Assembly (NCBI GenBank): GCA_038150265.1
Contig: JAYOTF010000026.1
Location: forward strand, 1-46,207
DNA: 46,207 nt
DNA from: Deltaproteobacteria bacterium
GTDB taxonomy: Bacteria; SAR324; NAC60-12
Direction of reading: 5' to 3'
The position numbers were made by a program, and so were the translations under genes. Of the stretch, positions 38,059-46,207 are shown piece by piece. The notes below the pieces were generated by a model. That model was not told where the DNA came from. It did not search any database and saw only the letters and a list, made by a program, of their open reading frames with translations. Numbering within the stretch: position 1 is the first letter of the stretch; the number at the start of each line of letters is the position of its first letter.

Positions 38059-38528
38059 GCGTCTTCCCACGTCGAGAAGGGGTGGTCGATCAGGTGAATG
38101 TTGAGGTAGCGTGGATCGTGGCTGACCTCGACGCCCAGCCACTCCGGAGGCACAAAGGCCTCTTCTTCATGGCTCAGCTCAATTTCAGCAACCACCAGCC
38201 CGGCGTTGGCGCCCAAGAACTCGTCGACCTCCCAGACCTTTCCGGACACCTCGACCCGAGTCCGCTCCTTAATCAGGCGAGGCTGCTCACACACCTGCTC
38301 CAGCAGCTCCCGGGCTTCGTCCAGCGGCAGGTCGTATTCGTACTCCAGACGCGTCAAGGCGCTGCGTCCAGACTTGATGTTGAGGCGTCCGCGGGTGCCT
38401 TCGATGCGGACCCGGACGGAGCGTTCCGGATGCCGGCTCAGGTAGCCTTGCTCAAAGCGCACGGCGGCGCCCGGACGGCGCCAGCCATCACCCGTCACCA
38501 GGAATTTGCGTTCGATCTCAAGGGGCAT
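38055..38528 (-). CDS. CYTH domain protein (triphosphate tunnel metalloenzyme)
   Basis: EIERKFLV, QGYL, VRVRI, EYEY, WEVDEF.G.NAGLVVAEIEL, PEWLG.EV. Confidence 0.93.
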   Translation of the reverse strand: MPLEIERKFLVTGDGWRRPGAAVRFEQGYLSRHPERSVRVRIEGTRGRLNIKSGRSALTRLEYEYDLPLDEARELLEQVCEQPRLIKERTRVEVSGKVWEVDEFLGANAGLVVAEIELSHEEEAFVPPEWLGVEVSHDPRYLNIHLIDHPFSTWEDA

Positions 38529-38617
38529 CAGGAACAGGGGGACACGGAGAGGGAATCAGTCCTTGATTTTGCAGCACCCGTGCAGGATGCTGAAGCCAAC
38601 GACAACCAGGAGAGGCC

Positions 38618-38854
38618 ATGTTCACGATTGTGATTCAAGTAACAGAGCTCAGGGGGGAGTGGGATCTGCTCGAGCAGATGCTCGTCCGGACGGATTTTGG
38701 TCCCTTCGTCAAGATTCATTCCCGGGACCAGAAGATCATGTACGAGGGGCCCGATCTCGAAAACTTCGTCACCTACCTCGTCATGCACCGGATTCGTTTC
38801 GAGGTGCAGGACTACGTGTGGAAGGAGCACCCGGAGGATCCTCCTTCCGAGTAG
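38618..38854 (+). CDS. Small hypothetical protein
   Basis: GGAGAGG Shine-Dalgarno, GC3-rich codons, fills the gap between the CYTH gene and bioY; no motif recognised. Confidence 0.65.
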   Translation: MFTIVIQVTELRGEWDLLEQMLVRTDFGPFVKIHSRDQKIMYEGPDLENFVTYLVMHRIRFEVQDYVWKEHPEDPPSE

Positions 38855-38857
38855 GCA

Positions 38858-39430
38858 TCAGCCCAGGCGTTTCCAGAGGTACGGCAGCGCCAGGGCGCCC
38901 ACCGCAATCTTCACCGCGTCTCCTGCCAGGAAGGGCAGCACTCCGACTTCCAGCACCCGGCCCCAGCCAATGAACTGACTCAGCCACGTGGTCCCCAACG
39001 CGTAAATGAGGCCGTTCCCAACCAGCATCAGCACCAGCGCCTTTGGCACCGAGCGGACGTTGAACTGGTTCATGATTTCCCCCAGCACCCAGGCGGCCAC
39101 AAAGAAGCCGGCCAGGTACCCTCCGGTCGGGCCCACCACATACAGCAGCCCCGCCTGAGCCCCGGCAAAGACCGGCAGCCCGGCGATTCCTTCCAGCAGG
39201 TAGGCGCTCACGGCAGCCACTCCCAGGTTCCGGCCCAGCACCAGCGGCAACGCCAGCACCACCAGGGTCTGCAGGGTCAACGGCACCGGCCAGAAGGGGA
39301 TCTGCACCTTGGCAGACACCACCAGGGCGAGGTTTCCCAAAAGGGCAAGCAGCACCGCACGCTGCACTTGAGACACCGGCCAGTTCCGGCTGATGGTCGC
39401 GCCAATGGTTTGGGGAGGAACCCAATTCAT
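38858..39430 (-). CDS. bioY: Biotin transporter BioY
   Basis: PVPLTLQTL, AYLLEG.AGLPVFAG, GPTGGYLAGF, GVLPFLAGDAVK. Confidence 0.94.
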   Translation of the reverse strand: MNWVPPQTIGATISRNWPVSQVQRAVLLALLGNLALVVSAKVQIPFWPVPLTLQTLVVLALPLVLGRNLGVAAVSAYLLEGIAGLPVFAGAQAGLLYVVGPTGGYLAGFFVAAWVLGEIMNQFNVRSVPKALVLMLVGNGLIYALGTTWLSQFIGWGRVLEVGVLPFLAGDAVKIAVGALALPYLWKRLG

Positions 39431-39593
39431 GACATGCTCCTGCAAAATAAGTTAGGGGGTTCAGACACACGTGTGGCCACAAGCAATCCGGCCAAAACGT
39501 TGATTATCCGGAGTCTTCCGGAATCTTGAAAGCTTTTTTGCACGTTTTTGCCGCTGCCGCCGGCTCTCGTCGGGGCCTTGGCCCTCCCATGAA

Positions 39594-39893
39594 TCAACGG
39601 GGGAACCGGGACTCGCGGACCACTTCACAGATCTGCAAGGAGTACTCCTGATAAAACGAAGCCCGTCCTTCTTGCTGAGCCGCCCGGTGATCTGCGTGCT
39701 GGGCCCAGTTTTGCTGGGCCGCCTCGTCTTCAAACTCCACCAGCGTCACGCGCTCGCCGTCTTCGGCAACAAAGACCTTGTGCGACCGGTACCCGGGCAT
39801 GGTCCGGGCGAGTGCCGAAATTTCCGTGGCACGCTCGAAGTAGTCGGCTTCGGCCTCGGGATGGAGGCGGGATCGAAACACGGTGAGGATCAT
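39594..39893 (-). CDS. Antibiotic biosynthesis monooxygenase (ABM) family protein
   Basis: MPGY, DGERVT.VEF, W..H..HR.AQ..GR..FY..Y...ICEV. Confidence 0.88.
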   Translation of the reverse strand: MILTVFRSRLHPEAEADYFERATEISALARTMPGYRSHKVFVAEDGERVTLVEFEDEAAQQNWAQHADHRAAQQEGRASFYQEYSLQICEVVRESRFPR

Positions 39894-39911
39894 GGCAGTT
39901 CCTGGAAAGGG

Positions 39912-41366
39912 TTAGTCGTGCTTGACAGCAACCGTTTTGAGCGCAGAAAACCCATAAAGGGCCTCAAAGCCCTTTTCGCGTCCGTGCCCGGAGTTGCCCA
40001 CGCCTCCGAATGGCAGCTCCACTCCGCCTCCGGCGCCGTAGTTATTGATGAAGACCTGTCCGGACCTGATGCGCTTGGCCAACCGGAATTGCCGGCTTCC
40101 TTGCTCCGTCCAGATGCCGGCGACCAGGCCATAGCCCGTTCCGTTGGCAATGGCCACCGCCTCGTCTTCGGTGTCAAAGGGAATCACCACCTGCACCGGC
40201 CCAAAGATTTCCTGCTGCGCCAACGGATGCGCCGGAGGGCAGTCCGCAATCAGGGTTGGACGCAGGTAAAAGCCCGACTCCGGAGCTTCGGTCGCCAGGG
40301 TTCCCTGAGCCGCCACGGCGAGGTTCCCCTGCTTTGAGAGGTCAAGGAACTGCTGAACCAGTTGCTGCTGACGTGCGGAAATCAAGGGGCCCACGTCTCG
40401 GTCTTCCAGTGCCGGCCCAACGGTCAAGGCCGCATACTGCTCAGCCATCCGGTCCCGGACTTCGGCATACCGGGCGCGTTCCACAAGGATCCGGGAAGAC
40501 GCCGAGCAGGTTTGCCCCGCATTCTGAATCCCTGCCCGGATCAAGAACGGCAGGGCCTGGTCCAGGTCGGCATCGGCAAAGACCAACTGCGGCGACTTCC
40601 CTCCGAGTTCCAGCGTGACCGGTGCCACGTGCTCCGCTGCTGCTTGCTGAACCAGCCGGCCCACTTCCAGGGATCCGGTGAAGGACACATGCCGCACCCC
40701 CGGATGACGTGCCAGCGCCGCTCCTGCTTCCTCTCCCAATCCCGGAACCACGTTTAGGGCACCTGCCGGAAATCCGACTTCAGCCGCCAGGGCGGCAAAC
40801 GCCAGAGCCGTCAGGCACGCTTCTTCTGCAGGCTTGAGCACCACGGCGTTCCCCATCGTCAACGCAGCACCCACGGAGCGTCCGATGATCTGCATGGGGT
40901 AATTCCACGGAATGATGTGCCCCGTGACCCCATGTGGCTCCCGGAGCGTGTAAACGGTGTAGCCGTTGAGGTAGGGGATGGTTTCCCCCATGATCTTGTC
41001 GGCAGCGCCCCCGTAAAACTCCAGGTACCGCGCCAGCGCCAGCGCATCAGCGCGCGCCTGCTGGAGCGGCTTCCCCACGTCCAGGGCCTCCAGCCGGGCC
41101 AGGTCCTCAACCCGCTCAGAAACAAGCTGTCCCAGTTGCGTCAGCAGACGTCCGCGCTCCACTGCCGAGGTCTGTCCCCAGGCGCCTTCGAGCGCCTGTT
41201 CCGCAGCGTCCACCGCCCGCTGAATTTCGGCAGCCCCGCCGCGGGCAATGGTTCCGAGCGTGGCCCCGGTGGAGGGGTTGAGCAGCTCCAGTTGTGCCTC
41301 TGGGCGCTCCCACTTCCCGTTGAGGAAGCACTGGTCCATGGGAAACCAAACTTCAGGCTCTGTCAT
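39912..41366 (-). CDS. Aldehyde dehydrogenase
   Basis: IIPWNYP, KPAE, SFTGS, LELGGKSP, catalytic NAGQTCS, EIFGPV, PFGG...SGHGREKG. Confidence 0.96.
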   Translation of the reverse strand: MTEPEVWFPMDQCFLNGKWERPEAQLELLNPSTGATLGTIARGGAAEIQRAVDAAEQALEGAWGQTSAVERGRLLTQLGQLVSERVEDLARLEALDVGKPLQQARADALALARYLEFYGGAADKIMGETIPYLNGYTVYTLREPHGVTGHIIPWNYPMQIIGRSVGAALTMGNAVVLKPAEEACLTALAFAALAAEVGFPAGALNVVPGLGEEAGAALARHPGVRHVSFTGSLEVGRLVQQAAAEHVAPVTLELGGKSPQLVFADADLDQALPFLIRAGIQNAGQTCSASSRILVERARYAEVRDRMAEQYAALTVGPALEDRDVGPLISARQQQLVQQFLDLSKQGNLAVAAQGTLATEAPESGFYLRPTLIADCPPAHPLAQQEIFGPVQVVIPFDTEDEAVAIANGTGYGLVAGIWTEQGSRQFRLAKRIRSGQVFINNYGAGGGVELPFGGVGNSGHGREKGFEALYGFSALKTVAVKHD

Positions 41367-43000
41367 TGTGTTTCTCCGGCTAAACGTTGGTGAAGCGCAC
41401 GCTCCAGGTCGGGCGCCGACGCGATCAGGGTTTGCGTGTAGGGGTGTTGGGGGTTCCGGAAGACGACCTCCGTCGGACCCTGCTCCACAATCTGTCCCGC
41501 CTTCATGATGAGCACCCGATCCGTGATGGCCCGGACCACCGAGAGGTCATGCGAGATGAAGAGGTACGACAGCTGAAACTCCTCTGAAAGTGCCGCCAGC
41601 AGGTCCAGGATCTGCGCCCGGACTGAGACATCCAGGGCCGACACGGCTTCATCCAGCAGAATCAGCTCCGGACGCGTCACCAGGGCTCGAGCAATCGCAA
41701 TGCGCTGCCGCTGTCCTCCGGAAAACTCGTGGATGTACTTGCGGGCGTCCTGTGCCTGGAGCCCCACGTGCTCCAGGGCCTCTGCCACCCGGCGCCTGAC
41801 CTCCGGAGGCTCGGGGCGGTGGACCAGGGCGCCGAACGGTTCACTGACCAGGCGTTCCACCCGGTGCCTCGGATTGAAAGAGCCGTAAGGGTCCTGAAAC
41901 ACCACCTGCATCCGGGCTCGTCCGCTCGGTGGCTGGCGGCCGACCTCATGAACCACGGTTCCAGCCAAACGCACCCGCCCCTGCTGAAGGGGCTCCAGCC
42001 CCAGGAGGGCCCGTGTGAGTGTGGACTTGCCACAGCCGCTTTCGCCAACCAGCCCCACGTTTTCGCCAGGGTGAATGCGGAAGCTGACTTCATCCACAGC
42101 GCGCGGAAGGGGCGGCGCTTCCGAAGACCGGCGCTTCCACCAGGCAAACCCGGATGCTGCAGGCGGGTACACCCGCACCACGCCTTCGACCTCCAGCAAG
42201 GGCGGTGTTGACGCCGAAACCACCACCGGGTTCCGAGCCGGCTGATGGGCCGACGCTTCAAACAGCATCCGCGTGTACGGATCCTGTTGGTGCTGCAGCA
42301 CCTCGGTTGCCGGTCCGGACTCCACCAGGCGCCCCTGATTCAGAATGGCCAGCGAATCGGCCAGCTCCGCCACCACGCCCAGGTCATGGGTGATGAACCA
42401 GAGGCTCATGCCGTCCTCGCGGACCAGCCGCTTCAGTAACTCCAGGATCTGCGCCTGCGTGGTCACGTCCAGGGCCGTGGTCGGCTCATCGGCAATCAGG
42501 AGCCTGGGCTGGAGCGCGATGGCAATGGCAATGCCGACCCGCTGCCGTTGCCCTCCGGAAAGCTCATGCGGAAAGCGAGAAAGCGCAAACTGCCGAGGCG
42601 GAAGGCCCACGCGCTCGAGCAACGCAGCCGCCTGCTCCTGCGCCTGGTGCTTCCGGACCCGCTGGTGCACCTGAATCGTCTCGGCCACCTGATCGCCAAT
42701 GGACTTCAGGGGGTTGAGCGCCGTGAGGGGTTCCTGAAAGATCATCGCCACCTGCTGCCCCCGGACGCGGCACATCTGTGCTTCCGAAAGCGTGTGCAGG
42801 GGTTCCTGCTCCAGCCAGACCTCTCCAGACACCTGGGCGCCACGTGGCAAGAGCCGCAGGGCCGCCAGAGCCGTCATGGACTTGCCCGATCCGGACTCGC
42901 CAATCATCCCGAGGATCTCACCAGGAGCAATCTTCAGGCTCAGGCCCTTCAGCACTGCGGTGCCGCCCAGCGACACCCGGAGGTCACGCAGTTCCAGCAT
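41363..43000 (-). CDS. Dipeptide ABC transporter ATP-binding protein with two fused NBDs
   Basis: GESGSGKS and GESGCGKS, two SGGQRQR signatures, DEPTTALD and DEAVSALD. Confidence 0.95.
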   Translation of the reverse strand: MLELRDLRVSLGGTAVLKGLSLKIAPGEILGMIGESGSGKSMTALAALRLLPRGAQVSGEVWLEQEPLHTLSEAQMCRVRGQQVAMIFQEPLTALNPLKSIGDQVAETIQVHQRVRKHQAQEQAAALLERVGLPPRQFALSRFPHELSGGQRQRVGIAIAIALQPRLLIADEPTTALDVTTQAQILELLKRLVREDGMSLWFITHDLGVVAELADSLAILNQGRLVESGPATEVLQHQQDPYTRMLFEASAHQPARNPVVVSASTPPLLEVEGVVRVYPPAASGFAWWKRRSSEAPPLPRAVDEVSFRIHPGENVGLVGESGCGKSTLTRALLGLEPLQQGRVRLAGTVVHEVGRQPPSGRARMQVVFQDPYGSFNPRHRVERLVSEPFGALVHRPEPPEVRRRVAEALEHVGLQAQDARKYIHEFSGGQRQRIAIARALVTRPELILLDEAVSALDVSVRAQILDLLAALSEEFQLSYLFISHDLSVVRAITDRVLIMKAGQIVEQGPTEVVFRNPQHPYTQTLIASAPDLERALHQRLAGETQ

Positions 43001-43832
43001 ACGGTCCCTGACGTGAGGTCTTGGGGTCCAGCCAGTCCCGCAGCCCGTCTCCGAGCAGGTTCAGGCCAAGGACGTTGAGGACAATGGCGAGCCCGGGAAA
43101 GAGCGCAAGGTGCGGCCCGAGGACGATCAGGGTCTGGGCTTCGCTGAGCATCCGGCCCCAGCTCGGAGTGGGGGGCTGGGTGCCGAGGCCCACGTACGAG
43201 AGCCCTGCTTCAGCAAGAATGCCCAGGGAAAACTGGATGGAGCTTTGGACAATGAGCACGTTGAGGACATTGGGGAGGATGTGCTCCCAGGAGATGCGAA
43301 CGGTCCCCTTTCCGGCAACCCGTGCCGCCAGGATGAAGTCCCGCCGCCAGAGGGACAGCGCAGAACCGCGGGTGAGGCGGGCAAACACGGGGATGTTGAA
43401 GATGCCAATGGCAATGATGGCATTGAAGATCCCCGGCCCAAAAACCGCGGTAATCAAGATGGCGACCAGCAGCGACGGAAAGGCAAAGACCACGTCGTTG
43501 AGCCGCATGATGGCTTCATCCAGAAGTCCTCCGTGACGCGCAGCCGCAGCCAGCCCCAAAGGCACTCCGACGAGGACCCCGACTCCAACGGCAACCAGGG
43601 CCACCGCCATGGAAACCCGGGCGCCCACCATGATCATGGAGAAAATATCCCGTCCGAAGTGGTCGGTGCCAAACCAGTGTGCTGCAGAAGGCCCCTGTAG
43701 CTTCTGGGCGATGTTCAGGGCTTCCACGTCATACGGCGTCCACCCCCAGGAGACCAGCGCCAGCAGCAAAAACCCAAGGCTCAGTCCGGAACCCACCCAG
43801 AGGTGGAGTGATCGCGAAGGGGGCGGTGTCAT
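42984..43832 (-). CDS. Dipeptide ABC permease (DppC-like)
   Basis: HWFGTDHFGRD, AFPSLL, HILPN, EAGLSYVGLG, NLLGDGLRDWLDP. Confidence 0.94.
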   Translation of the reverse strand: MTPPPSRSLHLWVGSGLSLGFLLLALVSWGWTPYDVEALNIAQKLQGPSAAHWFGTDHFGRDIFSMIMVGARVSMAVALVAVGVGVLVGVPLGLAAAARHGGLLDEAIMRLNDVVFAFPSLLVAILITAVFGPGIFNAIIAIGIFNIPVFARLTRGSALSLWRRDFILAARVAGKGTVRISWEHILPNVLNVLIVQSSIQFSLGILAEAGLSYVGLGTQPPTPSWGRMLSEAQTLIVLGPHLALFPGLAIVLNVLGLNLLGDGLRDWLDPKTSRQGPYAGTA

Positions 43833-43989
43833 GAACGTTTTCCGGAAGCCAGGAGGTTCAGCGGGGGTGGGATGCGTCCATCCCGTTGTGGGGCACCAGC
43901 TTAGTCTCCCGGACGAGCAGAGCCAGTCAAAAGCGCCAACCCGTGCTGCTTGCCGAAGGGTGGTGAGGTTTTGCGGGAAAAAGGAGGGC

Positions 43990-44015
43990 GGGGCTCCTCA
44001 GAGGGGAGGGGCCCC
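43990..44015 (-). terminator. Probable intrinsic terminator after the octaheme cytochrome gene
   Basis: Minus-strand GGGGCCCCTC...GAGGAGCCCC stem with one mismatch, followed after a few bases by CCTTTTT. Confidence 0.4.
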
Positions 44016-44026
44016 GGAAGGGGAGG

Positions 44027-45346
44027 TTACTCGATCGTGCCCGTCTCCAGACGTTGCTTGTGGATCTTCTCGAGCTTGTACAGGTCCTGCTGAAGCTCAA
44101 AGAAGCCGTGCCAGTGGGCGTAGTCCGGAGCGCCCATCATGGCGCCATGCCGGGCACGGCGGCCTTCGTGGTGCCAGAGGTGGTAATAAGTGATCTGAAA
44201 CTCATCATTCCACGGGTTGTCGAGCAGCAGGCCCTTTTCGTCCAGCTCGTTCAGCATGGCGGTGGCCGGCTTGTAGTAGCCCTCGTTGTAGAGCTTGACC
44301 GCCTTGTCGCCCTGCGCAAAGAAGTTGTCGGTGTGCCGCTTCATGTGACACGACTGGCAGACCTGCTTCATCTTGGCCCGGCCTTCCGGACCATTCCCCA
44401 GCAGGGGACTGAGGACGTCATTGGAGTTCCGGACCTTGGACTCCTTCGCCCAGAGGTTCCAGTAGAGCCGTTCGGTGACATTGTGGGTCGTCTTGAGTTC
44501 GCCAATGCCACTCATGTGACACGTGGTGCACGTCGGTCCTCGGTAGTCTCCGGGTTCCCAGGCATCCGGAGCCGAGTCCCACTTCCAGTTGTTCCCATCA
44601 GCAGCAAAGACGTGCCCGTGCTTGCTGTTTTCAAAGACCTCAATGTCCGGATGGTCGGGTCCCAGGTGACACGAGGCACAGGCCGCGGGCTTGCGGGCTT
44701 CCTCCAGGCTGAAGGCGTGGCGGGTGTGACAGGTGGAGCAGTTGCCCGTGCTGCCATCAGGGTAGATGTTGCCCATCCCGGCATTGGGCCACGTGGAGGC
44801 CAGTGGGCGTCCGGAGTCGTCAAGCTCGATCTTGGTGCCGTGGCACTGAATGCAGCCCGTTTCATTGGGCGCATTGCTCAGCTCCGGATGGTTGCGTCCT
44901 TCATGACGCTGCACCAGGGCATGGAGGCTGTCCTTGGGAATGATCTGTCGGTAGGCCCGGATGTGGCCACTTGCCTCAAACTGCTCCGTTTCCTGGGCAT
45001 GGCAGCGGGCGCAGGTGGAGGGCGGAACCAGCGCCGAGACGAAGACGTTGGTGCCGATGAGGGTCTCATGCTGAGTCGCCATCGGGGAGCTTTTCGGAAC
45101 CGAGTGGCAGTCGATGCACGACACTCCGACGTGGGCGTGCCGGCTGTTCTTCCAGTCGTTGATGATGCCGGGGTTGTGCTGCTGGTGGCAGGAAACACAT
45201 TCCTTTCCCACTTCCGTCAATCCTCGGTCAATGACAATGGAGCGCACATGGCTGAGGTCTCCGACGGACTCGGTTTGGGGTTCATTGGCCCAGAGCAGGG
45301 GTGCCCCCAGCAAGCAGCAACCGATGAGAAGCAAACGCGTGAGCAT
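44027..45346 (-). CDS. Octaheme cytochrome c, hydroxylamine oxidoreductase family (epsilon-Hao-like, reductive type)
   Basis: Start taken at MLTRLLLIG (signal peptide). Eight CxxCH motifs: CVSCH, CIDCH, CARCH, CIQCH, CSTCH, CASCH, CTTCH, CQSCH. Also CHLGPDHP, SKHG, HHEGRRAR and MGAPDYAHWHG. Confidence 0.92.
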   Translation of the reverse strand: MLTRLLLIGCCLLGAPLLWANEPQTESVGDLSHVRSIVIDRGLTEVGKECVSCHQQHNPGIINDWKNSRHAHVGVSCIDCHSVPKSSPMATQHETLIGTNVFVSALVPPSTCARCHAQETEQFEASGHIRAYRQIIPKDSLHALVQRHEGRNHPELSNAPNETGCIQCHGTKIELDDSGRPLASTWPNAGMGNIYPDGSTGNCSTCHTRHAFSLEEARKPAACASCHLGPDHPDIEVFENSKHGHVFAADGNNWKWDSAPDAWEPGDYRGPTCTTCHMSGIGELKTTHNVTERLYWNLWAKESKVRNSNDVLSPLLGNGPEGRAKMKQVCQSCHMKRHTDNFFAQGDKAVKLYNEGYYKPATAMLNELDEKGLLLDNPWNDEFQITYYHLWHHEGRRARHGAMMGAPDYAHWHGFFELQQDLYKLEKIHKQRLETGTIE

Positions 45347-45362
45347 GAGGTCCTTCTGACAG

Positions 45363-45926
45363 TTAAAATTGAGCGAATTCCCTGGGCGCCAACTGCTCAG
45401 ACAGCTCGTGGTGGCCGACATGCGGGTGACAGGAAACGCAGGTTTGGCGGGTCGTTTTTTGGAAGTACGGGCGATGGGCAACAAACGCCTTGTTGCTGGC
45501 CATCGTTGCGCGCTCCAGGTTTTGGTGACAGTTGAGGCATCCGGAGTCGTAGGTGAACTCTTCACGGCGCTCACGCTTGGCTTCCCAGTCAATGGCCTCA
45601 AGGTCATACGTCCACTGGGCCCAGACATCGTGGGTGCCCGTCTGCGCCTTGGCCCAGGCATAGCCCCAGGCGCTCTCATGGGGCAGGTGGCAATCCAGGC
45701 AGGTCGCCTGAATTCCGTTGGCATTGACGCCCCCATGGGGATCCTGCTCGTAGGCCGCAATCATTGGAGCCATGACGTGACACGTTCCACAAAACCCGGC
45801 GCCATCGGTGGCATGAAAGACCTCTTCGGTGGCCACCCATCCCATCAGGGCCCAGGCGACCAGCGCACCTCCGGCGCCACAGGCGATCAGCCAGCGCATC
45901 AAGTTGAAGTTCCGAGTCGAGTTCAT
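45363..45926 (-). CDS. NapC/NirT (NrfH-like) membrane-anchored tetraheme cytochrome c
   Basis: N-terminal TM helix and four CxxCH motifs (CGTCHVM, CLDCHLPH, CLNCH, CVSCH..VGH). Confidence 0.94.
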   Translation of the reverse strand: MNSTRNFNLMRWLIACGAGGALVAWALMGWVATEEVFHATDGAGFCGTCHVMAPMIAAYEQDPHGGVNANGIQATCLDCHLPHESAWGYAWAKAQTGTHDVWAQWTYDLEAIDWEAKRERREEFTYDSGCLNCHQNLERATMASNKAFVAHRPYFQKTTRQTCVSCHPHVGHHELSEQLAPREFAQF

Positions 45927-45994
45927 GAATAGGTCCTCATGCCGTTTCCAAAAAAGAGCGGCGATTCTCTCGGAATCCTCCCTGACTCGGTATC

Positions 45995-46006
45995 CGTAAA
46001 TTTACG
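45995..46006. promoter_or_regulatory. Palindromic candidate regulator-binding site upstream of napC-hao
   Basis: Perfect 12-bp palindrome CGTAAATTTACG about 70 bp upstream of the napC-like start. Confidence 0.35.
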
Positions 46007-46207
46007 TTAATCGGAGAGAAAACTGGGGGGCGTGTGGACGTGGGTGGGGAACCCTCCGGGGAGCGCATCAGGCAGAGTCCTCTTCGTGTGGGTCCGGCCT
46101 CTTGTTGTCACTTCCAGACGGTGGGAGTCGGGGTGCTTGAAGGAGGGGTCGCTTGGCATGAGGCTTCCCCGAGGTGCGGCAAAAAGTGCGACAACATTGC
46201 CCTGCTC

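Noticed and set aside
45347..45760. 138-aa N-terminal extension of the octaheme ORF in the track
   Set aside because: It overlaps the napC-like gene in another frame; a signal peptide and Shine-Dalgarno support the start at 45346.
46021..46207. Possible 3' end of a minus-strand gene at the window edge
   Set aside because: Open frames exist but their translations show no recognisable protein features; cannot be supported.
1..46207. CRISPR array, tRNA/rRNA, transposase, integrase or prophage genes
   Set aside because: No regularly spaced repeats, RNA-gene signatures or mobile-element proteins were recognised by eye.

Overview
GC-rich bacterial chromosomal window, probably a Gram-negative organism (lpxK is present; a deltaproteobacterial/SAR324-like host is only an impression). 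Most genes lie on the minus strand. 1-13.1 kb is a LacI-controlled alpha-galactoside locus: an Agp-like peptide-family ABC transporter, a GH4 alpha-galactosidase (melA), a flavin-dependent halogenase, a LacI regulator and a second sugar ABC transporter. The rest is a scrambled mix of housekeeping and accessory genes: lpxK, an orphan SctC-like secretin, an exported caspase-like protein with novel repeats and a LecA-like C-terminus, a split Dpp-type ABC system, ParA, an esterase-GNAT fusion, trkA, a prs-like gene, proS, bactofilin, bioY, an aldehyde dehydrogenase and a NapC/NirT + octaheme HAO-family module. The ORF track misses a TlpA-like selenoprotein (24242..23760) with an in-frame UGA in a WASW-U-SIC motif followed directly by a SECIS-type hairpin. 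The palindrome TCCGGA looks strongly over-represented. No rRNA, tRNA, CRISPR array or transposase was recognised.
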